Assembly: GCA_951406725.2 (NCBI GenBank)
Contig: OX597830.1
Location: forward strand, 2,480,001-2,544,000
Origin: Octopus vulgaris
Lineage: Eukaryota
Length of the DNA stretch: 64,000 nucleotides
Direction of reading: 5' to 3'
In this document: positions 38,039 to 50,330 of the stretch, piece after piece
Layout of the letters: the number at the start of each line of letters is the position of its first letter
Numbering within the stretch: position 1 is the first letter of the stretch
Translations under genes and position numbers: made by a program
The notes under the pieces: model-generated
Database searches by the model: none
What the model was told of the DNA's origin: nothing
Seen by the model: the letters and a program-made list of their open reading frames with translations, nothing else

Positions 38039-41000
38039 TAATTTCATAAATAAATGATGCCATAAGAAAACAACTTGTAAACTCTGTAAATTGGTTGGTG
38101 CTGAAAAGAGGAGCATCTAGCAGTAAAAGCTAATCCAAAAATGACACACGCTAAGAAGATGTGATACTCTGATCCATCCAGATGAACAATACTCCTAAAT
38201 ATATACAGACTCTAATCAAGGTGCCCTGTCCAACCCATGCCAGCTTTGAGAGTGAATGTATAAGAATGTTCTATCTATGTCTTTCACTCATTTTATATCC
38301 ATTTTTCCAAGATAATTTGCAATGGACAAATAAATAACAGTGAGGCACTCCCCAGCACTAACCCAATTCTCAAAGAATGCCTTTTAAATTCTACGGATCT
38401 TGGAAAGTACAGAGAGGAAGGCCTGTTGACAGGGAATGTCAACACATGTCACTGTTTTTTAGCTCAAAGCTTAAATGTGAAGTTCAAAATGTAAACATGC
38501 ATATAGACACATACATGTGAACACACACAATTTGTACACTCACACACACACACACACATATAAAAGGCTTCCATACAATTTCCATTGACCAATTTCACTC
38601 ACAAAGAAAATGCTTAGTCCAAAGGTGTGAGTGTTGTATGTGTGAATATTCATAATTATATTGTGTCAGTTGCAAATGAATTGTGATCAAAGTGAACGGG
38701 TTAAACTCAGTGTAAGAATATTAGTATATGCAAGGGTTTGTGTGTTTGTGCATGTGTGTGTGTGTGTGTGTGTGTAATATGTATACACACATACATACAC
38801 GAGAAAAATATTTCTCTATGTCCTGCTGTGCACTTGGAAATAGATGAGGATTGGAGGATTGGCGACAGGCAGAGCATCTGGCTGTGGAAAATCTCCATCC
38901 AGAAATTGTGTCTTGTCCACGCCAGCATGGAACAGGGGGCATTAACAGATGATCAGGGGCTGTACGTGTGTATGTGAGGAGGTGTAAAATGTTGTATTTG
39001 ATAGTGGTGATGGTGATGCTGGTGTCTGTGTCCCTGGGAGTGTTGGTGGGGTGGCAGTGGTGGGGGATGTCTTGGCGGTGGTCATAGCAGCAGTGGTAAA
39101 AGATGAATTTAAAAAGTACTTGAAAATCGCAAGCGTAATTAGTAATGAAGCTGAAATAATAATTAGTGTTAAGCTAAAATAATCCATTTTCGTAAATATT
39201 TCAAGCCTTTTAAGACAAACACATAAATTAGAAAGCACAAAGATTTTGTTATATCGTGTGCAATTTAGTGAAAAGTCATTTGTTTTTTTTTTTTATTGCT
39301 GAGAGAATTACCTGAGTAACAGACATCATCTTTAACATTACAACAGCTTGCTAAACATATTCGGAAACTTTTAGTTTTCCAGGTTGATTAGATCTGGTAG
39401 ACAGATATTTCCCATCAAGCATCAGGAATTCTCAAACATATATGTGGTTGAATGGGTAACAGGTTCATTTCACAACCATGGAATTTTAACACAGTCTACT
39501 TTTGTGGTATCTTGGGCAAGTCTCTTCTACCATAGATTTGGATTGACTAATGAGTGATGGATACAATCTGATTGATGGAGATTGTAATGAATTACTATTT
39601 TCCTTCAGTTATAGGAACCAATTTAGGCCTTTAGCCTTGCAAGCTACAAGGTAACCTTCCTTAGAGCTGGAGCCATGAATAAAGCACCTACTACACTCTA
39701 TAAAGGGGATAGAATTAGGATGGGCAGCCACTTGTGGAAACTATGCATAAGTAGAAAGTGGGGGATAACATGGTCCTTCAACATGATGAAGCCTGACAAA
39801 CTGATCAACACATGTCAATGTGGAAACCAGACATAATCATCATCATCTTCATTTAATGTCCATTTTTCTGTGCTGGCACAGGTTGGAGAGTTGAACAAGA
39901 ACTGATGAGCGAGAGGGCTGCAACCATCTCCAGTGTCTGCTTTGATTGGTTGCTGCAGCTGGATGCTCTTCTAAAGGCCAACCACTTCACACAGTGCACT
40001 TGTGCCTTTTATGGGGCACCAGCACCAATGAGGTTATTGAATAATTTGCCAGGTGAGACCTCTGCCTTGAAGTGAGATGGGTACAGGATTGTGGGTTAGG
40101 AGATGAGGCTAGGGGGACAGAATTAGATGTGTGGACGAAGAGGTGAATGCAAGGCTTTGCCCACCACAAATGAGCAGAAGACAAAGAGACTTGTGTGCAT
40201 CTTACATGGTTAGGTCATTCTTTGAGGGAAGAATAAAGTAGCTTGGATGAAACTAAATATGGTTTGGTGTCAGAGAGGCTTCCAACTGCAGGGCATGTCA
40301 TTGTAGGAGTGTGTCGACATAAGAGAAGATAATGATAAGAACAATGAAGATGATCATGATGATGATCATGATGATGTTGATGATGATGATGATGATGACG
40401 GTAATGATGATGATGACAACGATATTCCCAGAGGTAGTGTTGCTACTGTTGTCGTTCTTGTTCTTTAGCAATAACTGTGTGTGTGTGTGTGTGTGAGTGT
40501 TTGTATATATGTTTGTGCTGTTGTGTATTGCTAAGTGGGAACGTTGTGCAAAGTTCAATAAAACTATAATGAGAAACAAAAGTACATCAACCCCCGCCCC
40601 CCACGCATTTGACACTGAGAATAAAAAGTGTAAAGTTTGTGAAGAATTTGGCTGGATGTCATTTTTGAATGTTTGCTAACGAAGAATTCAGCTCGTTATA
40701 TTATTGCTGTGAATAAACACACCTGATTATTTTACCAATTACTCTCAATAACATCCTTCATTTAATATTCTCTCCACTTCTATTAACTCATTAATGGCTC
40801 AGATGTTGTTTTCTAACAAATATCTAAAGTTTCGACAATTCTATTTGTCTAATTTTTTTAAGGAGTTTTAATTTGTTTTCTTTTAGTTTATATTCTTTTG
40901 CAAAATTCCTTAGAAGAATTTCATTTGCTTTCCTGCAATTACCATTGTTTAGAAACTCTGGCACCAAACCATTAACGTTTTGCAAAGTGAGCAGAATTAT

Positions 41001-42108
41001 ATTTTCAACAATTTAGACTTCATGAAAAGCTTCTCTAATATTTGGCACCACAACCACTCCTCTTCTTTCTCCTCCTCCTCCTCTTCTCCTTCTTTCTTCC
41101 AAGCCTGCCTTTTTCTTATCATCATCATCCCTCTCGTTCTTTTCCCCCTCCTTCTTCTCCCCCCCCCCCAGCTTCTCCTTCCTTCCCTCACTGCTGTTGT
41201 CACCTCTGATGGTCTCTTATTCTTCTTGACATTGTCATCTGTTCTTCCAGTCTCCATTGCCTTTTCTTTACTCCAAATTCAACAACACCTGACCAACCAA
41301 GATACATTGAAGGAGCCTCTATGAGTTCACCCAGCCTGCTAGAAGGAGCAGCCAAATTTCCATCAAATCACACTCCATTATCTTAAATAAGGAAGTTCAC
41401 ATTGGATAGAAAGACAGCATAACTGGAATTCATTTGGTCAAAATGACCACAGGGCCAAACAACAACAACAGTAACCTCAATAACATCAATAATAGCAACA
41501 CCTCTTCATAAATTGGGTTTGCTGCTTACTTTGGTAATATCCTGAGAGCAACTATCAATGGCATTTATGGAAATTTGATGCATTCTTAAATTTTGGGGTC
41601 TGAAATGCCATTCTGTTGTTTAGCTTTTGTTCAGTTATGATTAAGCTAACTTATGAACCAAGGTATTCCCACCATAGCCAACTAGTTTGATAAAAATCTA
41701 TTCAAGTCTACATTATCAAATAGGGTCCTAGTCAAATTTGATCTGAAAGGGTTTGGCTGGTATTGCTTTCCCTGATCTTTCTCCCTGTCACATCCAATGC
41801 GGCCACCTCCCCTCTATTTGTCTCTAGCTTCTCCTCCCAGTCACTAGCTTTTCACATCCAATGTTTGTGTGTTTACATCCCTGTAACTTGGTGGTTCAAC
41901 AAAAGAGACTGATAGAATAAGTACTAGGCTTACAAAAAATAAATCCTGGGGACGATTTGTTCAACTAAAGTAAAGAAAAAAAGAAAGAATATGTCAAAAC
42001 AAAATGAATTTGTTTTTCTTTTGACGTAAAATGTGAAAGCTGAATGGAATATTCCTATAACATTTGAAGACAAATGAAGAATTTTAGGATGGAATATGGT
42101 GTCTTGTG

Positions 42109-42153
<45 letters not shown>

Positions 42154-42309
42154 GAACCTACCTCATGGCAAGAGGTGCAAATGAGAGTAGCTATATCAAA
42201 CCCCATTCTTCACCAAGTGCCACATATTAGACGAGGTTCTTCGCAATAACAGTGTAGCACAAAACGGCAATGCATCAGCATGGCCGCAGCTCTGAGCTGA
42301 AACTAGAGG

Positions 42310-42422
<113 letters not shown>

Positions 42423-42617
42423 GGGCGGCAAGTTGGCAGAATTGTTAGCATGTATTTCAGCTGTTGTTACATTTTGAGTTCAAATTCCGCCAAGGCTGAC
42501 TTTGCCTTTCATCCTTTCGGGGTCGATGTAATCTACTTAATCCCTTCATCTATCCTTGTTTGTCTCCTCTATACTTAGTCCCCTGTGGGCAATAAATAAA
42601 TAAATATTATATATATA

Positions 42618-42650
<33 letters not shown>

Positions 42651-42926
42651 TTTTGTTTTGTTTTTGTTTTTCCAGTTTCAGCTCTTGAGCTGTGGCCATG
42701 CTGGGGCACCGCCATTGTGGTGAAAGAGTACAGCAGGGATCACCACCCCCTGCTGGAGCCTCGTAGAGCTTTTAGGTGTTTTCGCTCAATAAACACACAC
42801 AACGCCCGGTCTGAGAATCGAAACCGCGATCCTGCGACCGCAAGTCCGCTGCCCTAACCACTAGGCCATTGCGCCTCTCTCTCTATATATATATATATAC
42901 ATACATTATATATATGTATATATATA

Positions 42927-43260
42927 AGGCGCATGGCTCAGTGGTTAGAGCGTCGAGCTTACGATCGTGAGGTTGTGAGCTCGAATCCCGGACCGGGCTG
43001 CGTTTTGTGTTCTTGAGCAAAGCACTTTATTTCACGTTGCTCCAGTTCACTCAGCTGTAGAAATGAGTTGCGACGTCACTGGTGCCAAGCTGTATCGACC
43101 TTTGTCTTTCCCTTGGATAACACTAGTGGCGTGGAGAGGGGAGGCTGGTATGCATGGGCGACTGCTGGTCTTCCATAAACAACCTTGCCCGGACTTGTGT
43201 CTAGGAGGGTAACTTTCTAGGTGCAATCCCATGGTCATTCATGACCGAAGGGGGTCTAAA
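42927..43260 (+). mobile_element. SINE family B variant, well preserved, with poly(A)
   Basis: GGCGCATGGCTCAGTGGTTAGAGCG...GCTCGAATCCC tRNA head with CpGs retained. Confidence 0.88.
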
Positions 43261-43277
43261 AAAAAAAAAAAAAAATA

Positions 43278-43324
<47 letters not shown>

Positions 43325-43457
43325 ATGAGGGTGTCTAAAAGACACCAACATGCCGAAATAGCAGTCGAAACACTGACTATAGTACCACGTTAAATGTTCA
43401 CATCGCACCATGAGGTAAAGCGGAGGGACAAAACATACAAGCAAAAATTATTGAATA

Positions 43458-43517
43458 ATTCAAGATCCAAGGATTTCTGGTTCTGCTTTAGATAAGCTTT
43501 ACCGTCATCAATTGAAT
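43458..43517 (-). ncRNA. Type I hammerhead fold, left arm
   Basis: Mirror image of 43636-43695. Confidence 0.7.
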
Positions 43518-43635
43518 ATATCAAGGGTACATCAATACAGATATACCTCATATGTAAGTATATCTTTTGTAAGTATATATGTAAGTATATCGTTTGCTGT
43601 GCATATATATATCTGTATTGATGTACCCTTGATAT

Positions 43636-43695
43636 ATTCAATTGATGACGGTAAAGCTTATCTAAAGCAGAACCAGAAATCCTTGGATCTTGAAT
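43636..43695 (+). ncRNA. Type I hammerhead fold, right arm
   Basis: AUUCAA-UUGAUGA-CGGU...ACCA-GAAA-UCC(UU)GGA-UC/UUGAAU; helices I, II and III all present; U3 variant. Confidence 0.72.
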
Positions 43696-43828
43696 TATTC
43701 AATAATTTTTGCTTGTATGTTTTGTCCCTCCGCTTTACCTCATGGTGCGATGTGAACATTTAACGTGGTACTATAGTCAGTGTTTCAACTGCTATTTCGG
43801 CATGTTGGTGTCTTTTAGACACCCTCAT

Positions 43829-43869
<41 letters not shown>

Positions 43870-43873
<4 letters not shown>

Positions 43874-44030
43874 ATAGGCTTTTTCTGTTTCCATCTACCA
43901 AATTCACTCAAAAGGCTTTGGGCAGCCCGGGGCTATAGCAGAAAACATTTGCCTAAGTTGCCATGCAGTGGGACTGAACCCAGAAGTATGTGGTTGGTAA
44001 GCAAGCTATTTACCACAGCCACTCCTGCAT
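43870..44030 (-). mobile_element. SINE family A, 5' half
   Basis: gcagtgggactgaacc...accacagccac head. Confidence 0.8.
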
Positions 44031-44730
44031 CCATCTTAATTTTTCAGATGATTTCTTGCTCCAAAGACACACTTTTCCTTCTCCACCTTCTCACATCTGA
44101 CTTCATTACTGCATTCTATGAAAAAAAAGAAGCATTTTTGAGGTTTAATCAACCGTAACATCCTTATTTATTTATAAATTTTATTAATCACTGAGCGTAA
44201 AATACAAACCCAATCACAAAACAGAAGATTAATGATTTAGAAACATATTTTTATGGAGATCACTCCTTGTTTTAATTTAACATAAAAGTTTAATTGATCT
44301 CTTTAATCTAACGGATTAAATAGCAAGACAATGAGAGATTGTCCACATGGTTGGCTTGAGCTGCAAGAAATAGCAGCCAAATCACACCCTATTCATCATT
44401 AACATTATTGTCAATATCATCATCATCAGCAATATTATCGTCATTGATATTGGCATTGATATCAATGTTGTCGCCATCACTATCATCGTCATCATCTTCA
44501 TTAAAATCCTGATCCACCACCTCCGCCTTCTCCTTATCATTTTCCTCCACCTCCTCCTCCTCCTCACCACCACCACCGCCGCCGCCACCGCCGCCACCAC
44601 CACCACCACCACCACCACTTCAAACAGAGTGGGATTGAACCAGGCAATGAACAGGGACGACTGATTTACTCAAACACTCTTAAATGTAATTACACATTTA
44701 CATTCATATTTACCATAACACAAACACATA

Positions 44731-44922
44731 CAAAGGGATGCTGAAAGGGTCTTGGCTTTAAGGGTATCACAAAACGCCTGGTTGGAGGCCTAACATTCTG
44801 AGTTCTTTTACAGGGTTTAGAAGAGCTGAAGAACTGCTGCAAGTGTGTGAATCTGAGAGGGAATATGTTAAATAAAATCAGAATTCGATGATTACCCGAA
44901 GCCAGAAACTTTTCAGCATCCC

Positions 44923-44926
<4 letters not shown>
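44731..44926. mobile_element. Mariner-derived MITE
   Basis: TIRs gggatgctgaaa / tttcagcatccc with TA flanks. Confidence 0.7.
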
Positions 44927-44959
<33 letters not shown>

Positions 44960-44963
<4 letters not shown>

Positions 44964-45240
44964 GAGGCACAATGGCCCAATGGTCAGGGCAGCGGACTTG
45001 CAGTCAGAGGATGCGGTTTCGATTGTGTGTGTTTATTGAGCGAAAACACCTAAAAGCTCCACGAGGCTCCAGCAGGGGGGTGGTGTTGACCCCTGTTATA
45101 CTTTCTCACACTCTTTCTTCTTGTTTCTTGAGTAATGCTGCGATGGACTAGCGTCCCATCCAGCTGAGGGGAACACATGCACTACAGAAACCGGGCCCAT
45201 GATCCTGGCTAGGCTTGAAAAGGGTGACGTTTATCGTTTT
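44960..45240 (+). mobile_element. SINE family B variant
   Basis: ggcacaatggcccaatggtcagggcagcgg head matching 4246-4503. Confidence 0.75.
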
Positions 45241-45259
45241 TATATATATATATAAAAGA

Positions 45260-46975
45260 AGCCATTATGAGAGAATGTGGAGAATGAATGGGAGGAGGAG
45301 AGCCTGAAAATTGTTGACCCAGTAGAGGGACCAGCTATCCGAATAGAGAGCTCCCTAGTAGTTAAGGCAATTAAGGGTATGAAACCATGAAAAGCCCCCG
45401 GCCCATCAAGAATCACTGCTGAGATGCTTAAAACATCTGGTGGTGTGGGCTATGGCCTAGTCACCCGCATTGTAAACCAAGTATTTCATAATGGAGTCAT
45501 ACCGAATGACTGGCGTAGCAGCACCATAGTCAACTGCTACAAGGATAAAGGTGATGCTCTAGATAGAAATAACTACAGGGGTATTAAACTGTTGGATCAG
45601 GTGATGAAGGTCACAGAGAGGGTCATAGCCCATCTCATTAGGGAGAGAATTTGCTTAGATGAGATGCAGTTCAGTTTTGTGCCAGGTAGAAGCACCACTG
45701 ATGCCATATTGCTGGTTCGACAACTGCAGGAGAAATACCTAGCTAAAGATAAACCCCTCTACATAGCTTTCGTGGACTTGGAGAAAGCCTTTGACAGGGT
45801 CCCCCGATCCCTTATCTGGTGAGCGATGTGGAAACTGGAGATTGACGAATGGTTAATAAGGGCTGTACAGGCCCTATACAGAGAGGCTGTCAGCACGGTT
45901 AGGATTGACAATGAGTATAGTGAAGAATTCCGGGTAGAAGTAGGAGTCCACCAAGGTTCAGCACTCAGTCCCCTTTTATTCATCATAGTCCTCCGGGCAA
46001 TAACAGAGGAATTCAAGATGGGTTGTCCCTGGGAGCTCCTCTATGCTGATGACCTGGCCCTCATAGCAGAATCACTACCGGAACTAGAAAAGAAATTTCG
46101 GGTGTGGAAGCAAGGTTTAGGGCCTTAGAGTAAATGTAGCAAAGAACAAAGTTATAGTAAGCAGAAAGGTGAACTCATCACACACACCCTCAGGCAGTTG
46201 GCCCTGCTCGATCTGTAGGAAAGGTGAAGGTAGAAACTCCATAAGATGCACCCAGTGTAAGCTATGGATGCATAAGAGGTGCAGCAATATCAAAGGAAAA
46301 TTAACTGATAAGATAGCTTTCATGTGCGGCAGATGCACAGGGGCAATAGACACCACAGATACTCAGAAAACAGATTCCATCTCACTCTAGGGGGAGAAAC
46401 TAGAAGTAGTTGATAGTTTCCACTACCTAGGAGACCAAGTTAGTAGTGGAGGTGGATGCTCAGAGTGTCACCACTAGAATACGAATAGCCTGGGCAAAGT
46501 TTAGAAAGCTCCTACCCCTACTGGCGACAAAGGGTCTCTCGCTCAGAGTGAAAGGTAGATTGTATGATGCATGTGTGCGAACCGCTATGCTTCACAGTAG
46601 TGAAACATAGGCTGTGACTGCAGAGGACATGCGTAGACTTGAAAGAAATGAAGCTAGCATGATCCACTGGATGTGTAATGTCAGTGTGCACACACGACAG
46701 AGTGTAAGCACCCTGAGAGAAATGCTGGACATAAGAAGCATCAGATGTGGTGTGCAAGAGAGACGTTTGCGCTGGTATGGTCATGTACTGCGGATGGATG
46801 AGGAGAGATGTGTGAAGAAGTGCCACTCCCAAACAGTTGGAGGTATCAGGTGGAGAGGTAGACCCAGGAAGACATGGGATGAGGTAGTCAAGCATAACCT
46901 TCGAACATTGGGCCTCATAAAGGCAATGATGGAAGACCAAGATCTCTGGAGATATGCTGTGACTTCAAAGACCTG
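45260..46975 (+). pseudogene. RTE reverse transcriptase with inserted PHD-like finger
   Basis: NYRGIKLL, QFSFVPGRSTTDAI, AFVDLEKAFDRVP, GVHQGSALSPLLF, LLYADDL, FHYLG, RLRWYGHVLRM, RGRPRKTW; several stops and frameshifts. Confidence 0.93.
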
Positions 46976-47068
46976 GGCTGCTTCCTCCACCAGTTTTGCA
47001 CAGCCCCAGCCCTTCCAAAGTACCTTGGATTGCAGAACGACCTGCTGTGCTTACCTTGGATCATAGAG

Positions 47069-47310
47069 TGACCTGCTGTGCTTGAGGAGACCTGTAGAGT
47101 CAAGTACATCAATATCAAAATAAATATCAAATGGAAATTGTAGTTACGATACCTGTGCCGGCAGCACGTAAAAAGCACCATCTGAACGTGGCCCATGACT
47201 TGCTGTGCTTGAGGAGACCTGTAGAGTCAAGTACATCAACATCAAAATAAATATCAAATGGAAATAGTAGTTGCGATACCTGTACCGGTGGGACGTAAAA
47301 AGTACCATCC
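47069..47310 (+). repeat. Tandem duplication in the RTE 3' UTR
   Basis: tgctgtgcttgaggagacctgtagagtcaagtacatcaa... occurs twice; gcacgtaaaaagcacc sub-motif recurs. Confidence 0.8.
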
Positions 47311-47593
47311 AAATGTGGCTGAGGCCAGCGCCACCTTGACTGGCTTCTGTGCAGGTGGCACGTAAAAAAGCACCAGCCAATTGTGGCCACTGCCAGCTTC
47401 CCCTGGCACCTGTGCCGGTGGTACGTAAAAAGCTCCCACTACACTCACGGAGTGGTTGACGTTAGGAAGGGCATCCAGCTGTAGAAACACTGCTAGATCA
47501 GACTGGAGCCTAGTGCAGCCTCCTGGCTTCCCAGACCCCGGTTGAACCATCCAACCCATGCTAGCATGGAACACGGACGTTAAACGATGATGA

Positions 47594-47635
<42 letters not shown>

Positions 47636-47897
47636 TAATTTGTAAACAAGGAAATTTTAGCCATTTCTCCACAGACTAAAAAAACTATGAACAACTTTAA
47701 TTTTTTGAGCTTTATTGGGTTCTCATCAGAGATGTCCACATCATTTTCACAATCACCAGACAAACAAACAGCCAAACTGTTTATATACTCAACAAATGTA
47801 ACAAGTATTCTATGAAGGAGTCCCTAATTTGTATACCAAAAGTGTTTAACACTCTATGAATACCAGTGGCCTGGTATATATTGTACTCACAGATATA

Positions 47898-48246
47898 TAT
47901 CATAAGCGGAAAGTGTAATCTCTCGAAAGAGCTGTTCTTCACTCCTGCTCCAGAGTGTTGGCTGTGGGGTCACCCCGAAAAGCTCTATCTGTGACGATTT
48001 CATCTCAATCGAAGGAGAGGGGCTTTCTCCGTCTGGGTTGCGGATCTGTGGAATAAGCTGCCGGACGAGATGGTGAAGATGCCAAAGACCGCTCGGTTCA
48101 AAGTCTCTCTTGACCAGAAATGGTCTGAACTCTTTGCATGAACACCACCCTGTACATAACTCCATGTCCCCCTACATGGCCTTGCTTTTTGCTTTTTGCT
48201 TTTTGAACCAAAAAATTAACTTAACTTAACTTAACTAACTTAACTT
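47898..48246 (+). pseudogene. CR1 LINE 3' end (same family as 24478-24941)
   Basis: Near-identical reverse complement of that copy; (TTAAC)n tail. Confidence 0.88.
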
Positions 48247-49075
48247 ATATATACATACAGTAATCAATATTAACATCAACAGACATTTATACACAGATAT
48301 ATTTATACTAACACACATGTTAACGCACGTGCATGGATAATCACAATAACGCATATATATATACACACTAACACATATATCTACAAAAACAAATGCATTT
48401 ACACAAATACCCATTTATTTACACAAACACACACATCTTCACATACACACACATGCTTATATCAATAGACATATTACATAGTAAAGTTTTGCCTGAGAAA
48501 TCAAAGACTAGAGTCTCCTGTCTTAGAAGAACCAATTCCTAAACCAATTTCTCTTCCTTGTAATGAACTTTAAAGAATATGGAACAGCAGTTTACTTAGA
48601 AAGTATCCATCAGATCTCACTCTTGCTGCCTCTGCTCCTTCCTTCCGTCTCAGTATGTGTATGTGTGGACATATATATACATATATGTATGTACATATAT
48701 ATATACACACACACATATATATGTATTTATATATATGTATATAAATACAAGTATATACATATGTGTGTGTGTAGATATATATGTATAGGCATATATATAT
48801 ATACATATACATGTACATATATATATACACACACATATTTATTTAGATATGTATATATAAATATAAATATATATATGTATATTTATATATGTTTTCATTT
48901 TCTCTTGTTTCTACATTCTACATGCACATACATTTTTGCTCTCTTTCTCTTCCACTTTCTCAATATGTCTAGGTGTTTATATTTATATATGTGTGTGTGT
49001 ATATATATACACATATATATACATATAATTTTCTGTATTTCTTTCACTGTCACTTTAAATAAATATATATATATA

Positions 49076-49149
<74 letters not shown>

Positions 49150-49275
49150 TTTATATATATGTGTGTATATATATATATAAATTTGTAAATACATAGATAT
49201 ATATAAATATATATACATATACACACACACATATATATTTCTCCAATTTCTCTCATCTCAACACACATGCATACA

Positions 49276-49314
<39 letters not shown>

Positions 49315-50164
49315 TCCCACCTTTCTCCTCCACCCTCTTCAATATGTAATAAAATAATCTTTATAGTGTCAGTAAGTCATTTACAGTTTACACCTTCGCT
49401 ATCATCAACTTTTATCTAATTCCTTCATATTTAAGCTACAACACTAAAATCAATAAAACCTATTTCATATTCACTTCTTAATTTATATGAACTTGCAGCA
49501 AAATTTTACCAAACCATCTCAGCTTCACTCCATTCAACATTGAAGTCTCTGCTCATTGCTAAGTCTACTAAAAATTGCAGCCAAATCTCCCTCCAATAAA
49601 AAATTGCTATATGTTTTGTTTTTTTACAAAAATGCATATGTTACGCCTCCATAACTTAGTGATTTGGTAAAAGAGGCTAATTGAATAAGTAACCGGCTTT
49701 AAAAATAACTACTGGAGTTGATTGCTTGGCTAAACCCTTCAACATGGTGTTGCAGCAATGGCTGTAGTCCAACGAGTGAAACAAGCGAGAGATAAAAGAT
49801 AAATGACATTGGTTAATGTAATCCATGGATAAAAAAAAATTGGGAGGAAAGTCATGGCTGGAATATTTTTGATCACTGTCTACCATCCAGGGACCATTTA
49901 TAATAAGAGACAGTGAGAAAAGGGGGCAGAGAAAAAGAAGAAGAAGAGAACAGGTGAAGCAGAGAGAAAATATATGAGCGAAGACAAGATAGTAAAAGCG
50001 AGTGGGAATCCAAGGGCTTCTTAAGACAGAGCATCTCGTAGCCAGCCAAACCCCACTGACATGATGTGGATTTGGGCCAAAGAGAAGTTGATTGGTTACA
50101 TTTTAACTAAATTACAATCGTTGTCCCCCAGAATATTTACCCTCTGGAATTCCTTCATTACCAC

Positions 50165-50330
50165 GTTTTTCCTTAGAACAATTTATGTGGAACTGCTGCA
50201 AAAGGAACTCCACATGGAAATTGCTCAGGATCTGCTGGACTGTGCAAACCACAGACTTCATGGAAACCATCATCACTGGTGGTGATGAAACATGGGTTTA
50301 TGGTCCCTGCTTGATGTGTTCGGTCATCTT
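50165..50330 (+). pseudogene. Mariner transposase fragment
   Basis: EIAQDLLDCAN...FMETIITGGDETWVYG (first catalytic Asp motif TGDETW). Confidence 0.7.

Larger units (their letters stand above)
43317..43836. mobile_element. Fold-back element with 229-bp near-perfect arms and 62-bp spacer, inside (TA)n
   Basis: 43317-43545 is the reverse complement of 43608-43836 (one mismatch noticed); the ORF track shows identical peptides on both strands. Confidence 0.92.
45253..47600 (+). mobile_element. RTE-clade LINE, 5'-truncated
   Basis: RT motifs plus a 3' UTR with internal tandem repeats and a (GAT)n tail; TA tracts on both sides. Confidence 0.93.

Noticed and set aside
42927-43000. Apparent tRNA gene
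   Set aside because: tRNA-like head continues into a SINE body seen in many copies; no complete acceptor stem.
47069-47460. Repeated gcacgtaaaaagcacc motifs resembling a CRISPR array
   Set aside because: Irregular internal repeats of an RTE 3' UTR in eukaryotic DNA; spacers are mutually related and there are no cas genes.
48563-49280. 205-aa and overlapping YI/CV-rich ORFs
   Set aside because: Translated (TA)n/(TG)n tracts.
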